A DNA stretch of 63,729 nt, the filler included, from Octopus bimaculoides (Eukaryota), in the NCBI RefSeq assembly GCF_001194135.2. It is 4 parts of 4 records of this genome, joined end to end, with 100 filler letters (N's around TTAATTAATTAA, not from the genome) between each part and the next. Parts side by side here need not be neighbours in the genome. Positions count along the whole stretch, not along the records: positions 1 to 17,528 come from NC_069000.1; positions 17,629 to 33,824 come from NC_068983.1; 2 more parts are not named here. One strand, given 5' to 3'. Shown piece after piece: positions 9,808 to 21,658 of the stretch. The stretch's first letter is position 1. Each line of letters starts with the position of its first letter. The notes under the pieces are model-generated. The model had not been told where the DNA came from and did no database searches. It saw only the letters and a list, made by a program, of their open reading frames with translations. The translations under genes and the position numbers were made by a program.

Positions 9808-12750
9808 AATTGAATATTAATTTAATTAACATCAATTTAAAACCAGTGGCCTAGCATATAAAAAAATCTGATAATTCAGAAAAATTGTATTATATGCGTT
9901 TCAGAAGGGATAACCACTAGGTGGACATCCGATATGCTAAAAGGAGGTCATCAACGACCCAACCACAAAGAAAAATAATGTTCTCCAGGAAAAAAAATTA
10001 AGCAAACACCACAACATAAGCGGGCAAGATAAATGAAAAATATACAAAATAAAGGATTTATTGTATACCGGTTTCTCCATCAACTTTTTTACTTACGTAA
10101 CAACATCCGTGCTCTCATCAGAACAATCGTTCTAGAATCAATATAATTTGCAGAACTATACACGAATTGTCTTCATAAAATTTGACGTGCGTACAGTTCT
10201 ACCGATTACATTGAGGTTATTTTCAAATGTCTCAGCTCTGGCGCGCTAAATTCCGGAAACAGTTCTGCAGAGGTTAATTCACTGCAGTATATGTTGCCGG
10301 CTAGAGAGCATAATTATTTAAATTAATATTTATATACTGAAGGTGATAAATTGAATATTAATTTAATTAACATCAATTTAAAACCAGTGGCGTAAAATAT
10401 AAAAAAAATCTGATAATTAAGAAAAATTGTATTACATGCCTATAAGAAGGGATAACCACTAAGTGGACATCCGAAAGTAAAAAAGTTGATGGGGAAACCG
10501 GTATACAATTAATTCTTTATTTTGTTTAATTTTCATTTGTCTTGCCCGCTTATGTTCTGGTGTTTGCTGAATTTTTTTTACTAGAATTCTACCCAGAAAG
10601 ATGGAGATACTTTCAAATATAGTACAAAGCTTCATAGCTGGACTCTGGATAGAAGCAACAATAAGTTTTACAAGATGGCCTGTAGCGTATTTTCTAGTGC
10701 ATTTCTACAGTTTCGCTTGCGTATTGCATTTGTAATTTGTATGTTAGCTGTTTCTTTGCCTGAAAACCCCTGCTTTTCGAGATTGTTACTTAAACATTTT
10801 CTATCATAACAAATTGCCCGAATAATTATTGATATGGCTGTTAAATTATGATTAGGGAAAGAATCTGCTGTTTTTATTCCAATTATCCATAAATGTTCAC
10901 ATCTGTAGGTCCGCTGGCATATAGAGTTTTAGACTCAACATGGCTTTTTACTTTCACATCCAATTACTAATAATTTAATTAGGGTTGTTATGTTTGCACT
11001 TGGTAGAAGTGTTCCACCAATATTTCTTGCGTTGATATTTTGATCTGATCAACGGAACAGCCTGCTCCCGAAATTAACGTGCAAGTGACTGAGCACTCCA
11101 CAGACACGCGTATCTTTAGTGTAGTTCTCAGAAAGATTCAGTGTGACGCAGAATGTAACAAGGCTGGCCTTTTGAAATACAGGTATTACTCGTCTTTTTG
11201 TCAGCTGAGTGAACTGGAACAACATGAAATAAAGTGTCTTGCTCAAGAATACAATGAGTCGCCAGGAAATGAATTCACGACCTTACCATCTCACGTGTGT
11301 TCATATGTATTTATTCAGGAACAGAAGCATTGTCTATATTTTCTCATTCACAGGTGCGATAGTATAGTGTTTTAACAACGTCATGTTGCAATGAAAAGTA
11401 GAATGATGACATTTTTAATGGTAATTTTGGGCGGCTGGTAATCAGTTTTTTTTCATGTCTTCCTCAGAAATGTGATATCATCGACATTTTCGATTGTATC
11501 TTGGGAGTTTAAATGGTAGGATTCATCGTTTCTTTTGTTCGTTAGTCATTTCGCAGCTATCTTCTGCACGTGAGCTGCAAAAGCAAAGCTTTAAAGCTGT
11601 TAAGTGAAGTAACAATTATGTTTCCAAAAGGTTTACATGTCATGCTAATATAATCCTCTTCCCCAAGTGTGTTGGAAACATATCTGTGCATTGATGGTAT
11701 ACAGAGGGTTTCTCTTCCAGATTTGCTTGCCCTGCATTTCTGGGTTTCACAACAACCACAGAAACAACATAATCAACAACAATATTTACTGCATCAAAAG
11801 TGTTTCACCGAGAGATGGATATTAAAAGTTAGACAGCTAATTGCTCCCTATTGGGCAACTAGTACGCATATCGTGAATCAAACTCGGCTGTAGGTGAAAA
11901 ACAATTACTTAAAATCACTGATAACGTACTTAATCTAGATGGGCAAGATATTTTGATTAACGTTGCACCTACAGTGTTCACCCGAGTCGTTCTTTTAAGT
12001 TGTGCGGCTGTTTGTACACAGGGTGTGTACGGAGCGTCAATGCAGTATTATCATGTTAGCAGTATTTGTAGTTAGTGCATGTCACTTCTGTTTGCTACAC
12101 TCTGCTTTCAGCAATTGTCTGGACTTCTTGGTTGAGGTGAAGACAAGATCCGAGTGCGTAGTTCTCCTTCTGCTTGACTATCAACCGCCAAGATTTCTAC
12201 CACGCTTCTGCGTGATCGTTCAAATTGGTTGGGTACCTTGCAATCCCAGAAGATGTCAAAGCAGCAGTGGGTTCCAGAACAAAAAAAAAAGGCACGCAGG
12301 CTCACCAGTGTGTAGATTTTGATCTAGAATAACTAAACAACTTTCTCAGATATGGATTAATAGCAAAAGTGGATGCAACCAATTTTGGAGACGGTCGTCC
12401 TCGAACAAAAAACCGTAGGTGTTGCTCGTGCCTGGTTCTGAATCATACGTTAACCAAGGGTTTCGGAGTAAAGTGTGGAAAGGGTTCTTGCTTAAACGTA
12501 TAAAATATGGCCACGAAGAGTTGCGCTGCAGATTTTAAAAAACTTTGTAAAGTTTAACTAACAATGGTAAAAGATCTATAGAAAATCTTATAATGGTGGA
12601 CCAAAGATAGTTAGAACTAGCATCAGGAAATTTGTCTTGGAACAGGCTAAAGATACATCTAACATTTCTTCACTGAAACTTGGTATATTTCAGTTACTTT
12701 AAGTGTCTGATAACACAGATAAAATCTGTGTTTCATTAAGGAAGCTTAAT
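9805..12750 (-). mobile_element. Probable decayed Penelope-like element (direct plus inverted terminal repeats; GIY-YIG-like relic)
   Basis: Direct repeat 9805-9932 / 10346-10474 and inverted pair about 9985-10094 / 10475-10585. Broken minus frames at about 11650-11800 give NIVVDYVV..GCCE..AGQANLEEK..VYHQ, resembling NVVYxIxCxxCxxxYIGQT. Confidence 0.45.
11042..11297 (-). mobile_element. SINE with family A 3' half and a different 5' module
   Basis: 3' half matches 4320-4470; 5' half reads GTATTCTTGAGCAAGACACTTTATTTCATGTTGTTCCAGTTCACTCAGCTG instead of the family A body. Confidence 0.85.
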
Positions 12751-12839
12751 ACGAAAAAAAAAAAAAAATACCCGAGGTTTTTATAGTTTTGCTAAGATTA
12801 GTTGTGTTATTGAAAAAAAAAAGTAAGTCTACTTAGTGT

Positions 12840-13340
12840 AACCCATTCATCTCCAAAATACCACAACCGGAGATTTGTAGAAGTACAACTGTTTTAGTTT
12901 GAACTATAATTGGGATCTGAAGAGTCTTTGCGACGCAGTTTTTAAGAAGTGATGAATATACTTCAAGAAGTGATCATCAGTCATGGTGAAGTCTAGCATC
13001 TACTGTGAGGGTTTTAAAAGCGTGTTTGAAAACTAGAGAGGTTTGAGGTCGAGATTGTTCTTTCCTTTGTGCTTTTGCAGGAAACAAGTAGTCATGTCAC
13101 TATAGGATAATGTTTTCAAGGTCTATTTTCATGGAACCTGTGTAGAGTCTATATGAGATTTATAAGTGGACGAAGTATGTGTACGAAGGCGGAGTGTACA
13201 GTGGTTTCATTTACATGGAAGTAAAGCGTTGAGATGACAGCAAGCTGGTTGTTAATGTATAGAAGGATGGGAACGGACGATACAACCAAATCTTGGACAT
13301 TGCAGAGTTGATGGAGTAGGAGTCAGAAAGAAAGCTTCAA
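12840..13340 (-). mobile_element. Decayed CR1/L2-like LINE RT C-terminal fragment
   Basis: Broken minus frames resemble S.NSDL..I..FG..N.V.F, DLSWK.HI and YK..RP..EY..H.WG motifs. Confidence 0.55.
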
Positions 13341-13607
13341 CTGCGTATGTTGTGGCGGGGAAATCTTAAAATAGGTTTTCAATCCACAAGGTAAGGGCAG
13401 CGCCCATAGCATAACAATCTTACCAAGAGGTTATTTCGTACCAAAAAACTAGGTAAGTTATGTAGAAAGAACTTGTTTTGTGTGTTAATTAAAATATATG
13501 TTGGTCGCAATTGTCAATAGTCGTCTATTAACAACCTCTCAAAGTCAAGATAGTTTCAATAAATCAAGAATTTATCTTGTAAGGTATTTTTCCTTTTACT
13601 GTAATCT

Positions 13608-14065
13608 TTTACTTATTTCAGTCATTAGACTGCGGCCATGCTGGGGTACTGTCTTGCGAAATTTTAGCCGAACTAATCAACCTCAATACTTATTTCCAGT
13701 TTTTTTTTGTAGCTTAGTTCTTATTCTATCGGCATCTTTTGCCGAACCGAAATCACAGGGACGTAAACAAAGCAACACTGGTCGTCAAATGGTGGTGGGG
13801 ACAAACACAGACACAAAGACATACACAGACACGCACAGAGTGAGACACACACACACACAGACGCGCACACACACAGGCGCACACATACAGACGCACACAC
13901 AGACACACACACATACATACAACAGACTTCTTTCAGTTTCCGCCTGCCAAATCCTTTCACAAGGCTTTGTCGGCCTGAGGCTACAATAGAGAACATTTGC
14001 TCTGACTGAGCCAGAAACCATTTTGTTGGGAAGCAAACTTCTTACCACGTAGCCACTCCTGCGCC
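13608..14065 (-). mobile_element. Family B SINE, full length, diverged
   Basis: Reverse complement of 6700-7028 plus tail; internal (CA)n. Confidence 0.85.
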
Positions 14066-15545
14066 TATAATGTGCGCGCGTGTGTGCATGTATATGTGTG
14101 TTTGTGTGTATGTATGTACGTGCGTATGTGTGTGTGTGTGTGTGTGTGTATGTGTGTGTGTGTGTGTTTGTGCATGTATACATCTCTTCTGAACGAGGGT
14201 TACGATATTGTTGGTGTATTAGAGCAGAAAACGTTATAATCTTAAGTCATCTTTCTCACTCATAACAGACACAAGAAAGAAAAGTGTGTGTGTATGTGTG
14301 TGTGTGTGNNNNNNNNNNNNNNNNNNNNNNNNNNNNNNNNNNNNNNNNNNNNNNNNNNNNNNNNNNNNNNNNNNNNNNNNNNNNNNNNNNNNNNNNNNNN
14401 NNNNNNNNNNNNNNNNNNNNNNNNNNNNNNNNNNNNNNNNNNNNNNNNNNNNNNNNNNNNNNNNNNNNNNNNNNNNNNNNNNNNNNNNNNNNNNNNNNNN
14501 NNNNNNNNNNNNNNNNNNNNNNNNNNNNNNNNNNNNNNNNNNNNNNNNNNNNNNNNNNNNNNNNNNNNNNNNNNNNNNNNNNNNNNNNNNNNNNNNNNNN
14601 NNNNNNNNNNNNNNNNNNNNNNNNNNNNNNNNNNNNNNNNNNNNNNNNNNNNNNNNNNNNNNNNNNNNNNNNNNNNNNNNNNNNNNNNNNNNNNNNNNNN
14701 NNNNNNNNNNNNNNNNNNNNNNNNNNNNNNNNNNNNNNNNNNNNNNNNNNNNNNNNNNNNNNNNNNNNNNNNNNNNNNNNNNNNNNNNNNNNNNNNNNNN
14801 NNNNNNNNNNNNNNNNNNNNNNNNNNNNNNNNNNNNNNNNNNNNNNNNNNNNNNNNNNNNNNNNNNNNNNNNNNNNNNNNNNNNNNNNNNNNNNNNNNNN
14901 NNNNNNNNNNNNNNNNNNNNNNNNNNNNNNNNNNNNNNNNNNNNNNNNNNNNNNNNNNNNNNNNNNNNNNNNNNNNNNNNNNNNNNNNNNNNNNNNNNNN
15001 NNNNNNNACCACCACCACCACCACCACCACCACAAAAATAACCAACGCCAGTCATTTTATTATATACCCCATTACAATCAACGCGACGACGATCAAGCTA
15101 CCGCCACCCACTTTCTCCTCCATCTCCCCCAAAACTACTACAACAACTATTACCATTCTATACCAAAGACGCCATCTTTTCAGTAATAAACATGCTGTTA
15201 ATTAGTAAACATCATGCGATTTGACTGTGTTCGGTCAGTGAGTCACGAATTAGAGCCCTCCCTATCACGTCAGACAACCATGGCCGGTAGATTTGCAATC
15301 TTTCCATTTTCACCACTCGCATTGTGAACTTTTTTTTTTATTTTGTTTGTTTTGTATATCTGTTTCAAAATCCCTCCATTACCTCAGTTTTCCCACCGAT
15401 TACGCCATCTTTAAATACCTCTACATCGTCACGATCGTCAGTTATGTACGATTTTATAGTCACTTCTTCTCGCTTCAGTTTCTACTACCAGCAATGTCAT
15501 TTCAGATTATGCCTCACCCCACCAACCCATACTTACTCTTGCATC

Positions 15546-15742
15546 TTTTATCTTTTATTAGTTTCAGTCATTTGACTGCGACCATACTGGGGCACCACCT
15601 TGAACGGTTTTAGTCGAACAAATCGACCCCAGAACTTACTTTTGAAGCCTGTTACTTTTTCTATCAGTCTCTTTTACAGAACCATTAAGTTACACTAAAC
15701 ACACCAACACCGATTGTCAAGCGGTGATGGGGGGATAAAGAA

Positions 15743-15785
<43 letters not shown>

Positions 15786-16548
15786 NNNNNNNNNNNNNNN
15801 NNNNNNNNNNNNNNNNNNNNNNNNNNNNNNNNNNNNNNNNNNNNNNNNNNNNNNNNNNNNNNNNNNNNNNNNNNNNNNNNNNNNNNNNNNNNNNNNNNNN
15901 NNNNNNNNNNNNNNNNNNNNNNNNNNNNNNNNNNNNNNNNNNNNNNNNNNNNNNNNNNNNNNNNNNNNNNNNNNNNNNNNNNNNNNNNNNNNNNNNNNNN
16001 NNNNNNNNNNNNNNNNNNNNNNNNNNNNNNNNNNNNNNNNNNNNNNNNNNNNNNNNNNNNNNNNNNNNNNNNNNNNNNNNNNNNNNNNNNNNNNNNNNNN
16101 NNNNNNNNNNNNNNNNNNNNNNNNNNNNNNNNNNNNNNNNNNNNNNNNNNNNNNNNNNNNNNNNNNNNNNNNNNNNNNNNNNNNNNNNNNNNNNNNNNNN
16201 NNNNNNNNNNNNNNNNNNNNNNNNNNNNNNNNNNNNNNNNNNNNNNNNNNNNNNNNNNNNNNNNNNNNNNNNNNNNNNNNNNNNNNNNNNNNNNNNNNNN
16301 NNNNNNNNNNNNNNNCGACGCTCTTCCGATCTTATGCATACATATGTACACACACACACATACACACACACACACATATATACCACGGGCTTCTTTCAGT
16401 TTCCGACTACCAAATCCTCTCACAAGGCTGTGGTCGGCTTGAAGCTAAAGTAGATGAGACTTACTAAAGGTGTCACGCAGAGGGACTGAACCGAGGAAAC
16501 CATGTCACCGGGAAGCAAGATCCTTACCACACAGCCACGTCTATACCT
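15546..16548 (-). mobile_element. Family B SINE spanning an assembly gap
   Basis: Tail at about 15560-15600, head at about 16400-16548, internal (CA)n broken by Ns. Confidence 0.85.
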
Positions 16549-17572
16549 ATTGTATATTAGTTATGTAAGCAATTTTACCCATCTTTAATGTTTTCTCTAA
16601 GTAGTGGTTCTTAACAGTGAAAATATATGCACACTTTTACAAGTTTAGTATGTTGTTAGACAACTCCGCCAGTACACTATAGACATCAATTGTTGTCTAA
16701 GTAGAAATGTCGGAGTTTTCTTAGAAACCATTTCCCCCTTTCTAGGGCAAATTCAGGCAATGCATACGTGGGTTGCCTATCGTCGGTTTCGACGATGAGA
16801 AACCCATTGTTTTTAATCCACTAGCTGTTTAACTCATAGTTGTTTAATCTATTGAGTTCATGCTCCTGAATTAATGCATGTCTCAGCATTCCACGGACCC
16901 GTGGACCCGCAACACAATTCTCAGGCTGAATCGTGGTGACAATGCGTGACAAAGCTGTAAGTTTCAGTTACAGGTACAATCCACCCGTTGGGCTCCTATA
17001 CATTTTCCGTATAGCCAGTTCCACTCACCAGGTATGCATCGACCAACGACTAGAAAACATTGCACTTGCTTAAGATAGATGACACGCAATGGGGTTTAAC
17101 CTTCTTGGTTACGAAGCGAAGTTCTTAAGCATCCGGCAACACTATGCATGAGAATGCGTACATACAACAAAACTTACAAATCTGCACATATACACACGCA
17201 CACACACACACATACATACATACATACATACATACATACATACATACATACATGCATACATACATACATACAGTGAAAACGAACGGGAAGAGCTCCCTGG
17301 TTGTTTTCACTGTATTTTGACCCTCTGCAAAATTCTAAACTTATATTTAATTTGCTTTGCGGGAGCAACTGTTTAATCGAAAGCGTATATTGTTGTTAAA
17401 TGCTCGAAATGCCAGACTAGAAAAACAGCCAACAACTGATGAAGGGTCGTTCTCTATGTTGTTTGTTTTGTTTTCCATTTATGTCTTTCGTTGTTCGAAA
17501 GAATAGTTCATACTCCATGTACTCGTGCNNNNNNNNNNNNNNNNNNNNNNNNNNNNNNNNNNNNNNNNNNNN

Positions 17573-17584
17573 TTAATTAATTAA
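17573..17584. other. Artificial scaffold linker TTAATTAATTAA inside N44-12-N44 gap (also 33869-33880 and 55459-55470)
   Basis: Identical 12-mer with stops in all six frames, centred in three 100-bp gaps of identical structure. Confidence 0.9.
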
Positions 17585-17628
17585 NNNNNNNNNNNNNNNN
17601 NNNNNNNNNNNNNNNNNNNNNNNNNNNN

Positions 17629-17796
17629 CATAGAGGAGCTCCCAGGGGCAACCTGTCTTGAACTCCTCTGTGATTGCCTGGAGGACTATGGTAAATAATA
17701 GGGGGCTGAGGACGGAACCTTGGTGGACCCCTACCTCTACCCGGAATTCATTGCTGTACTCATTTCCAACCCTCACCTTACTGGCAGCATCTCTGT
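17629..17796 (-). mobile_element. Young RTE LINE reverse-transcriptase fragment
   Basis: Open frame YRDAASKVRVGNEYSNEFRVEVGVHQGSVLSPLLFTIVLQAITEEFKTGCPWELLY, running into the gap just before the ADD of YADD. Confidence 0.93.
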
Positions 17797-18480
17797 ACAA
17801 AACGAAAGACGAAGACAGGTGGTGTAGACAACAAACAGATGTATTAGTTAAACACTCGGGAAGTGAAAAAGTCTTTAACGTTTCGAGCCTATGCTCTTCC
17901 ACAGAAAGAAACAAGGAGACAAAATAAAGAATGTGTAGTGGCTAGCGATCTATCATGATGAAAAAAGTTTAGAAAGTACAAAAAAGTTAAGAAAAGTTCA
18001 AAAGATTCATAAGCTTCGAACGTCGTGGTGTATTGGAGTGATTTCTCATCAACAGAGGAATCCAGTGTAATCCATGGGCAGAATAGGTGTAGCTGAAGTG
18101 TACGAGAGTAGAAAGTCCAGATAGAAAATCCAGGTTGAATAGTCCAGTGTAGAAGGTGTAGAAAATCCAAGAAAAGTTCGTTGGGTAATGAGAGGAGACA
18201 GGATCAACTAGTGTGACCACATGAGCATGTAATATATGGGGAGAATTTACAAAAACAAACAAAAGACGAAGACAGGTGGTGTAGACAGCAAACAGATGTA
18301 TTAGTTTCACACTCGGGAAGTGAAAAAGTCTTTAACGTTTCGAGCCTACGCTCTTCCACAGAAAGAAACAAGGAGACAAAATAAAGAATGTGTAGTGGCT
18401 AGCGATCTATCACGATGAAAAAAGTTTAGAAAGTACAAAAAAGTTAAGAAAAGTTCAAAAGGTTCAAAAGCTTTGAATGG
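17797..18480 (-). repeat. Partial tandem duplication (about 220-bp direct repeats), pLTR-like, each with a variant hammerhead core
   Basis: 17797-18021 and 18258-18480 are near-identical; minus strand reads CTGTGGA A GAGC-NTAG-GCTC GAAACGTTAAAGAC at 17871-17904 and 18328-18361. Confidence 0.8.
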
Positions 18481-18494
18481 TGCGTATGTTTGTG

Positions 18495-18645
18495 TGTATA
18501 TATGTTTGTGTGTCTGTGTTTGGGCCGATAGAATAAGTACTAGGCTTACAACGAATAAGCCCTGGGGTCAATTTGCTTGACTAAAAAGGTGGTGCTCCAG
18601 CATGGCTGCAGTTAAATGACTGAAACAAGTAAAAGAATAAAAGAA
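18495..18645 (+). mobile_element. Family B SINE, 3' part
   Basis: Ends GGTGGTGCTCCAGCATGGCTGCAGTTAAATGACTGAAACAAGTAAAAG. Confidence 0.85.
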
Positions 18646-19259
18646 TTCTATCCATAAAGTTAATCTACAATTGAGAAGGAGGGAGATTTTTTGACTTATG
18701 AAATACTCATGAAATAATTTGCCAAACTTAATCCAGCACATTGGTGAGCTACATAAAAAAATGTTACCTCAGAAGAGTCATATGTTTTGAAAGTTCTTGC
18801 TGTTTCTTGTTTGTTAAAATAAATTTTGAATTTCTTGAGTGACTCAGAATATATATTAATTTCATCAATAATTGGACCATTAGCAATACTCTAAAATTGA
18901 AAGAGAAACATTTAAACAAAAAATAATGTAAAAATATACCAATAAAAATTTAATGCATTTTAGACAGTTTGTATTTTCTGGAATAAATAACACAACATTC
19001 TCCCAACTTAGAAAAAATACAAAACAAGAGTTATCACTCATTTAGGCACTGAAATATCTCAAAACATTTCATAGCAACTACATATTTTTCAAGTGACTAA
19101 ACTGATTTCTTTACAGAGTTTGAAAGCTAGAAAATATTTCAATTGTAATCAGCTGTATCAAACTCACCGACCTAGCCTTGACTCCTTGTCTAGGAGGACC
19201 TAAAAAGGTTTTATGATTGGCTCAAACATCTCAGACTAACTGAAAAATTGAAAAAAATA

Positions 19260-19790
19260 GCCTTACACAAAATCCAAATATGCTCTACACTAGAATACTG
19301 AATGTACTGACAAGGGAGCTGTTCTCTGTAATCACTGGACCTGTTAGAAATAGCAGTCAAATCACAGCCTACCATTTTGGAAACAAATTGGATTGTCATG
19401 ACTGGAATGCCTTTGATCTTAGATCTGTTCAGTCAAGGAAGAGAGCTGTCCATCTATTAGACAAGCTTTTCACAAATTAAAACTCTTACAACTTTTAATA
19501 CACTGTCAACCTGTGTCCATTTTTTACTCCCTACTGATACTATGACAATTTTGAACCTTCTGAACTTGCTGGCTTCATTCCATGTTTCCTCAGGAACTAG
19601 CATGATATACATATCACTTTTCTTCCCATCACCCCAACAAGACCACATAGCATACTTTCCCTCATCCCTCTTCTTTATAACAGCCTTCCATTGGAACTCT
19701 CTCTCAATCTTTTCAACTCCTAACATGTGAGAATTCAAACTGAATAGTAACTTCACTCAATTATCTACACTCTACCAATCTAAGAAAATC
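19260..19790 (+). mobile_element. Old CR1/L2-like LINE 3' fragment
   Basis: Broken frames resemble YK.QI..LEY, LD.VQ.RA..LL, TA..WNSL. Confidence 0.55.
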
Positions 19791-19839
19791 CCTTCAAATT
19801 AACTACTGGAAAATAAGATGATAATCTACTTAAATATTA

Positions 19840-20001
19840 TTTAAAGGTACTTGTGCTGGTGACACATTAAAGGTACTCAGTACACTCTGTGAAGTGGTTG
19901 ATATTAGGAAGGATATCCAACCATAGAAATCAAGCCAAAATAGACTGGGGCCTGGTGCAGCTCTCCAGCTTACCATTTCCAGTCAAGCCATAACCCATGC
20001 A

Positions 20002-20055
<54 letters not shown>

Positions 20056-20142
20056 AATGATGGTGGTGGTGGTGGTGGTTGTCGTCGTGGGTGGTGGTGG
20101 TGGTGGTGATGATGATGATGAGAAAGATGATGATGATGATGG

Positions 20143-20191
<49 letters not shown>

Positions 20192-20206
20192 GATGGTGAT
20201 GATGAT
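19840..20206 (+). mobile_element. SINE with RTE-like tail (family D) and expanded (GAT)n/(GGT)n tail microsatellite
   Basis: GAAGTGGTTGATATTAGGAAGGATATCCA..CAGTCAAGCCATAACCCATGC then (GAT)n from 20002 to 20206; inverted sister copy at 23455-23640. Confidence 0.75.
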
Positions 20207-21020
20207 GCCACACTCACTGCCTTTCTTTAAGCCAAAAGCAGAGTTCAAGCTAAGCAGTCCGAGGAAACAGAATCATCTAAAACGCCCAAGAATGCACAAC
20301 AGTTACACATGTATATCCCAATGAGTTAACACTAAAGTTATTTAAAAGTCGTTAGATAATTAGCCTTATTCTTTTTATCTATTTCAGAGTATATACATCA
20401 TTTGAAATCCAAATTATTTCCAATTATAGAAATAATAGCTTTAAGTTCAGTCCAGTCAACAGATATGCATGTGTATTTTTGAATACATGTGTGAATATGT
20501 GCAAAAATATGTAACCTGGCTACAACAGAAAAATACAATAAAATAATCGAAACATATTGTCCATTAGAAGATAAAATGAATGGCAAATAGCGTGTATAAA
20601 AAAGAACACACTATTCTAGTAGGGAACATGGCCTTTAGATAAGTTTCACCAACAATACTGAGTCAGAGGTTTTCGTTTTGACCTTTTCAATAACAACTTG
20701 CAGAAATTGCCTCTGGTCTCGGGGTACCTCTAATTTTTAAAGTGTTCAAATTTTAATTAAAACCTTCTGTCATAAGCTTATATTAGCACATTTTGTTAAA
20801 TTACATTCCAAACACCAATTTAATGTATCAATTTCTTCAAATTCTTGATTATTTTCAAAGATAATTAACCCGTTTGAAACACACAGTATTTTGGAATGTG
20901 TAGGCAAAAAGTCCAAATTTTTTTCTGCTGAGGGACATCTACTGGAAGACAATCTCTGATTAGCTATCACACTTCAAAATCAACCATTCCCATTTGTTCC
21001 ATCAAGCCAGTGGATAAGCC

Positions 21021-21107
21021 TCAAAATCCTTTTAGCTTGTATCCCTTGGGCTGATCAATCAGCCTGGGTGTTCCAAGAGGGTTAAAAGACATAATCAATG
21101 TATTCCT
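21021..21107 (-). CDS. Unidentified protein, terminal coding exon (RNTLIMSFNPLGTPRLIDQPKGYKLKGF*)
   Basis: Acceptor atatttctag; phase 0 matches the upstream exon; stop TGA at 21021-21023. Confidence 0.8.
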   Translation of the reverse strand, partial: RNTLIMSFNPLGTPRLIDQPKGYKLKGF

Positions 21108-21545
21108 CTAGAAATATAGTAACAACAGGGTTAAACAACAGTGAAAGCTAAGTGGACATTAGATGATATATCTGTAAAAATTTGATGCCATAACATCTCA
21201 GCATATTACCTGCAATAGTCTTTCATTTTAACCAGAAAAAAATGTATCTTTCATTACATTAACAGTATTTAGAAGCTCCTAAAGGCTTAGGGAAGATATT
21301 TTATTGTAGACACTTATTTCAAACACATAGCTAATAGGTGAGAAAAGCAGCAAATACACATTGTCATTTTAAGGAATTTTTAAGAATGTTATCAAAGTTT
21401 GATATATATTCATTTAAAACTAAATTCTAATATCAAAAGTAGCCCTTGCATTTAATACAGCTATACTCCAGCACTTAATAAGGAATCCTTATATTTATAC
21501 TAAGCACCTACTGAGACTACAGATAATTACAATACAAAAACTTAC

Positions 21546-21658
21546 ACGAGGAATTTGGTAGATATCCATGAATAGTAACAAGTTTTCCTTAAAATCATCA
21601 AACTTTAAAGAGTGTATTGGCATACCAAGATTTAAATGATTAGATGCACGGCCTCCAT
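21546..21658 (-). CDS. Unidentified protein, internal exon ((N)GGRASNHLNLGMPIHSLKFDDFKENLLLFMDIYQIPR)
   Basis: Acceptor ctatattctag, donor gtaagt, 113 nt, open frame, phase 1 in and phase 0 out. Confidence 0.88.

Noticed and set aside
11669-12322. ORFs 11669-11893, 12002-12322 and 12108-12305
   Set aside because: No recognisable domain or splice support; better explained as chance frames over a decayed element.
20590-21020. Protein-like frame past the stop codon (ENNQEFEEIDTLNWCLEC.., ORF 20770-20970)
   Set aside because: About eight stops in 150 codons is near expectation for AT-rich DNA, and there is no usable splice entry. Treated as 3' UTR.
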